NCBI RefSeq assembly: GCF_000315625.1
Contig: NW_005434444.1
Span: forward strand, 1-58,656
Reading direction: 5' to 3'
DNA from: Guillardia theta CCMP2712
Lineage: Eukaryota; Protista; Cryptophyta
DNA length: 58,656 bases
Below, one piece after another: positions 53,610 to 58,656 of this stretch. The notes under the pieces are model-generated. The model was given only the letters and a program-made list of their open reading frames with translations, did no database searches and was not told the DNA's origin. How positions within the stretch are numbered: position 1 is the stretch's first letter; each line of letters opens with the position of its first letter. The position numbers were made by a program, and so were the translations under genes.

Positions 53610-54759
53610 CGGGAGAGATATGGGTGCTTGTTGTGTGATGAATCCAAACAGATGTCTCCGAGGCTCAGCAAAGCAATCAACTCGAAATGGCAGGAATGAG
53701 AAGACTGCTCAGGAGCTGAAAGAAGCAGAGGGCGACTGAGCTCGCACCCCAACGTGCAACACAGTGACGGTGAGAAGCGCGAAGGGCCGGCATAATAGAG
53801 GCTGAAAATAGGATTGATCTGATAGATACTGCGCGCGTATAACAAATTGAAAAAAGAATCAATTTTGAAAGCAAGACGATTGTTGTGTCCCTGTGCCTCG
53901 TCTTAGGACGCCTTTCCGCCTTTCCCTTCCTCCTTTCTCCTGTACTGCTGATTCGATACGTAGGCGTGTAGCCTCCTCGCCTGCTGCCTCCTCTGTTGCT
54001 CCGCATTATTGGGCTGTCAGCGTCCCGTCGACAACAAAGATCTGCCTGCCGTCCAGCTGCTTGCAAGAGGGAAGCATACCGGTTGTATCTGCTGTAACAG
54101 ACTAGGTAGGGTCCATCAGTCCTTGAGAGCTCAGGAGACCTCCTCCGAGTCCATGTCATCTTCACAGGGTCCTTGGTCTTTGACCCGGTTGTTTCCCTTC
54201 TGCACAGCACCACCCCTCACATCAGTAGGCTCCTCCCCTGCTTCCAACCAGATGGCTTCCACAGGGTCCTCAGATCGCGTCCGAAGTTCAAGTCATTGAT
54301 CTCCCCCAGCTGCTTGCAAGCGAGGAGCTGGGAGAAGTTCACTGGCAGAACGAGTGACATGGTTGAAGACCATATATGAAGCTTCCTGCTTTCAACTTCT
54401 ACCGGAGCGCTGTTTCATACCTATGGCTTCTTCAGCTTGCAACCGGGACTCTGCCGCAGTTGGTCTCAGATTCTGGTCAGACCACTCGGAGCTCTTCAGT
54501 TCAGCCTTGCGTACCTGCGAGTTGGATGAAGCAACATGCTAGTTACCAGCCTTGAGGTCTGAGTCGTGCTGACGTGGCTCTAGTTGAGATAGACCTGTGA
54601 CATCTTCTGTAGAGAATCAAACTTTGAAAACAAATTAGGAATTACTATTTTATTAGTCGAAAAAAATGAAGCAATTCTTTTTAGCAAGTAGGATTCAAGT
54701 GTAAAAAAATCAGAAAATATAAGTAAAAAAACAGTAGTATCATTTGACTCCCAGCACTT

Positions 54760-55345
54760 CGTCCGTGACAGTACGGTCTGTGACTGGCGCCTGCCGATAC
54801 ATTGAATGAAAGCGGCGCCGGCTCCGCCGCTAGTAGTGGCGCGGTCCAGTCACGACTCGAACGGGCCCGGGCGCCACTGCCAGTAGTCAACGGGCCGTGG
54901 CACCCGACACCGGCCGCTGGCCGCCGCCGCGGTGATCGGACGGGCCGTGACCGTGACTGTCGCCCCCGCACGGAGAACCAACCCTCAGTTATCCGAGCCG
55001 AGTCCAACCCTCAGTTATGCAGGCCACCTGAAGTTCACTCGCCGGTGACGCCAACTGCGCACTGTGACAGCCGCTCGGACGCATCCCCCCCCGGCCAATT
55101 GCCGCAGTGCCAAGCTAAATCAGTCACTGGGCAGCCGGCGGCGGGACACGCCGCCGGGAGTCTGGCCGGGCACAGTATACGGCGAGAAGAGAAACTTGAA
55201 GCCTCTGACACAGCCGCGGGACTGACTCAGTGAGGTGATGCCCGGGCTACCCGACCCTCCGACTACCGGGGCCCGACTCGGTGACCCGCGGCGCAGGAAA
55301 ACTTCTTTACTCAAAGTTAAGTTAAAAAATGAGTACGAGGACATT
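54760..55345. promoter_or_regulatory. GC-rich island ending in the conserved motif about 15 bp before the DDX42 ATG
   Basis: tctttactcaaagttaagttaaaaaatgagtacgaggaca at 55304-55343; ATG at 55358. Confidence 0.6.
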
Positions 55346-55357
55346 GCGGAGGAAAAC

Positions 55358-58656
<3,299 letters not shown>

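Noticed and set aside
53677-54542. Short ORFs on both strands
   Set aside because: No consistent exon chain or recognisable motif found; left unannotated.

Overview
Eukaryotic nuclear DNA. It is gene-dense with many ~45-55 nt spliceosomal introns, other introns swollen with microsatellites, and four N gaps. The style and the two divergent RWP-RK genes suggest a cryptophyte alga such as Guillardia theta (inference). Recognisable genes, in order: a degenerate, internally deleted Crypton-like element; a two-PDZ coiled-coil protein; an alpha/beta hydrolase; RraA/MenG; RWP-RK; LCMT1/PPM1; a TTLL3/8-like enzyme with IQ-like motifs; an EF-hand-like protein; PSMG4; a P4-ATPase directly downstream of a CDC50 coding region; NSRP1; a long coiled-coil protein; MCTS1; a second RWP-RK; and a partial DDX42. 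The main finding is that canonical GT-AG introns join the CDC50 reading frame in phase to the P4-ATPase frame, which predicts a single-chain beta-alpha lipid flippase. Other findings are candidate GA-AG introns and a family of GC-rich intergenic islands that share a ~35-bp motif and other exact modules. Exon structures were read by eye, so gene spans include introns and boundaries are approximate unless stated.
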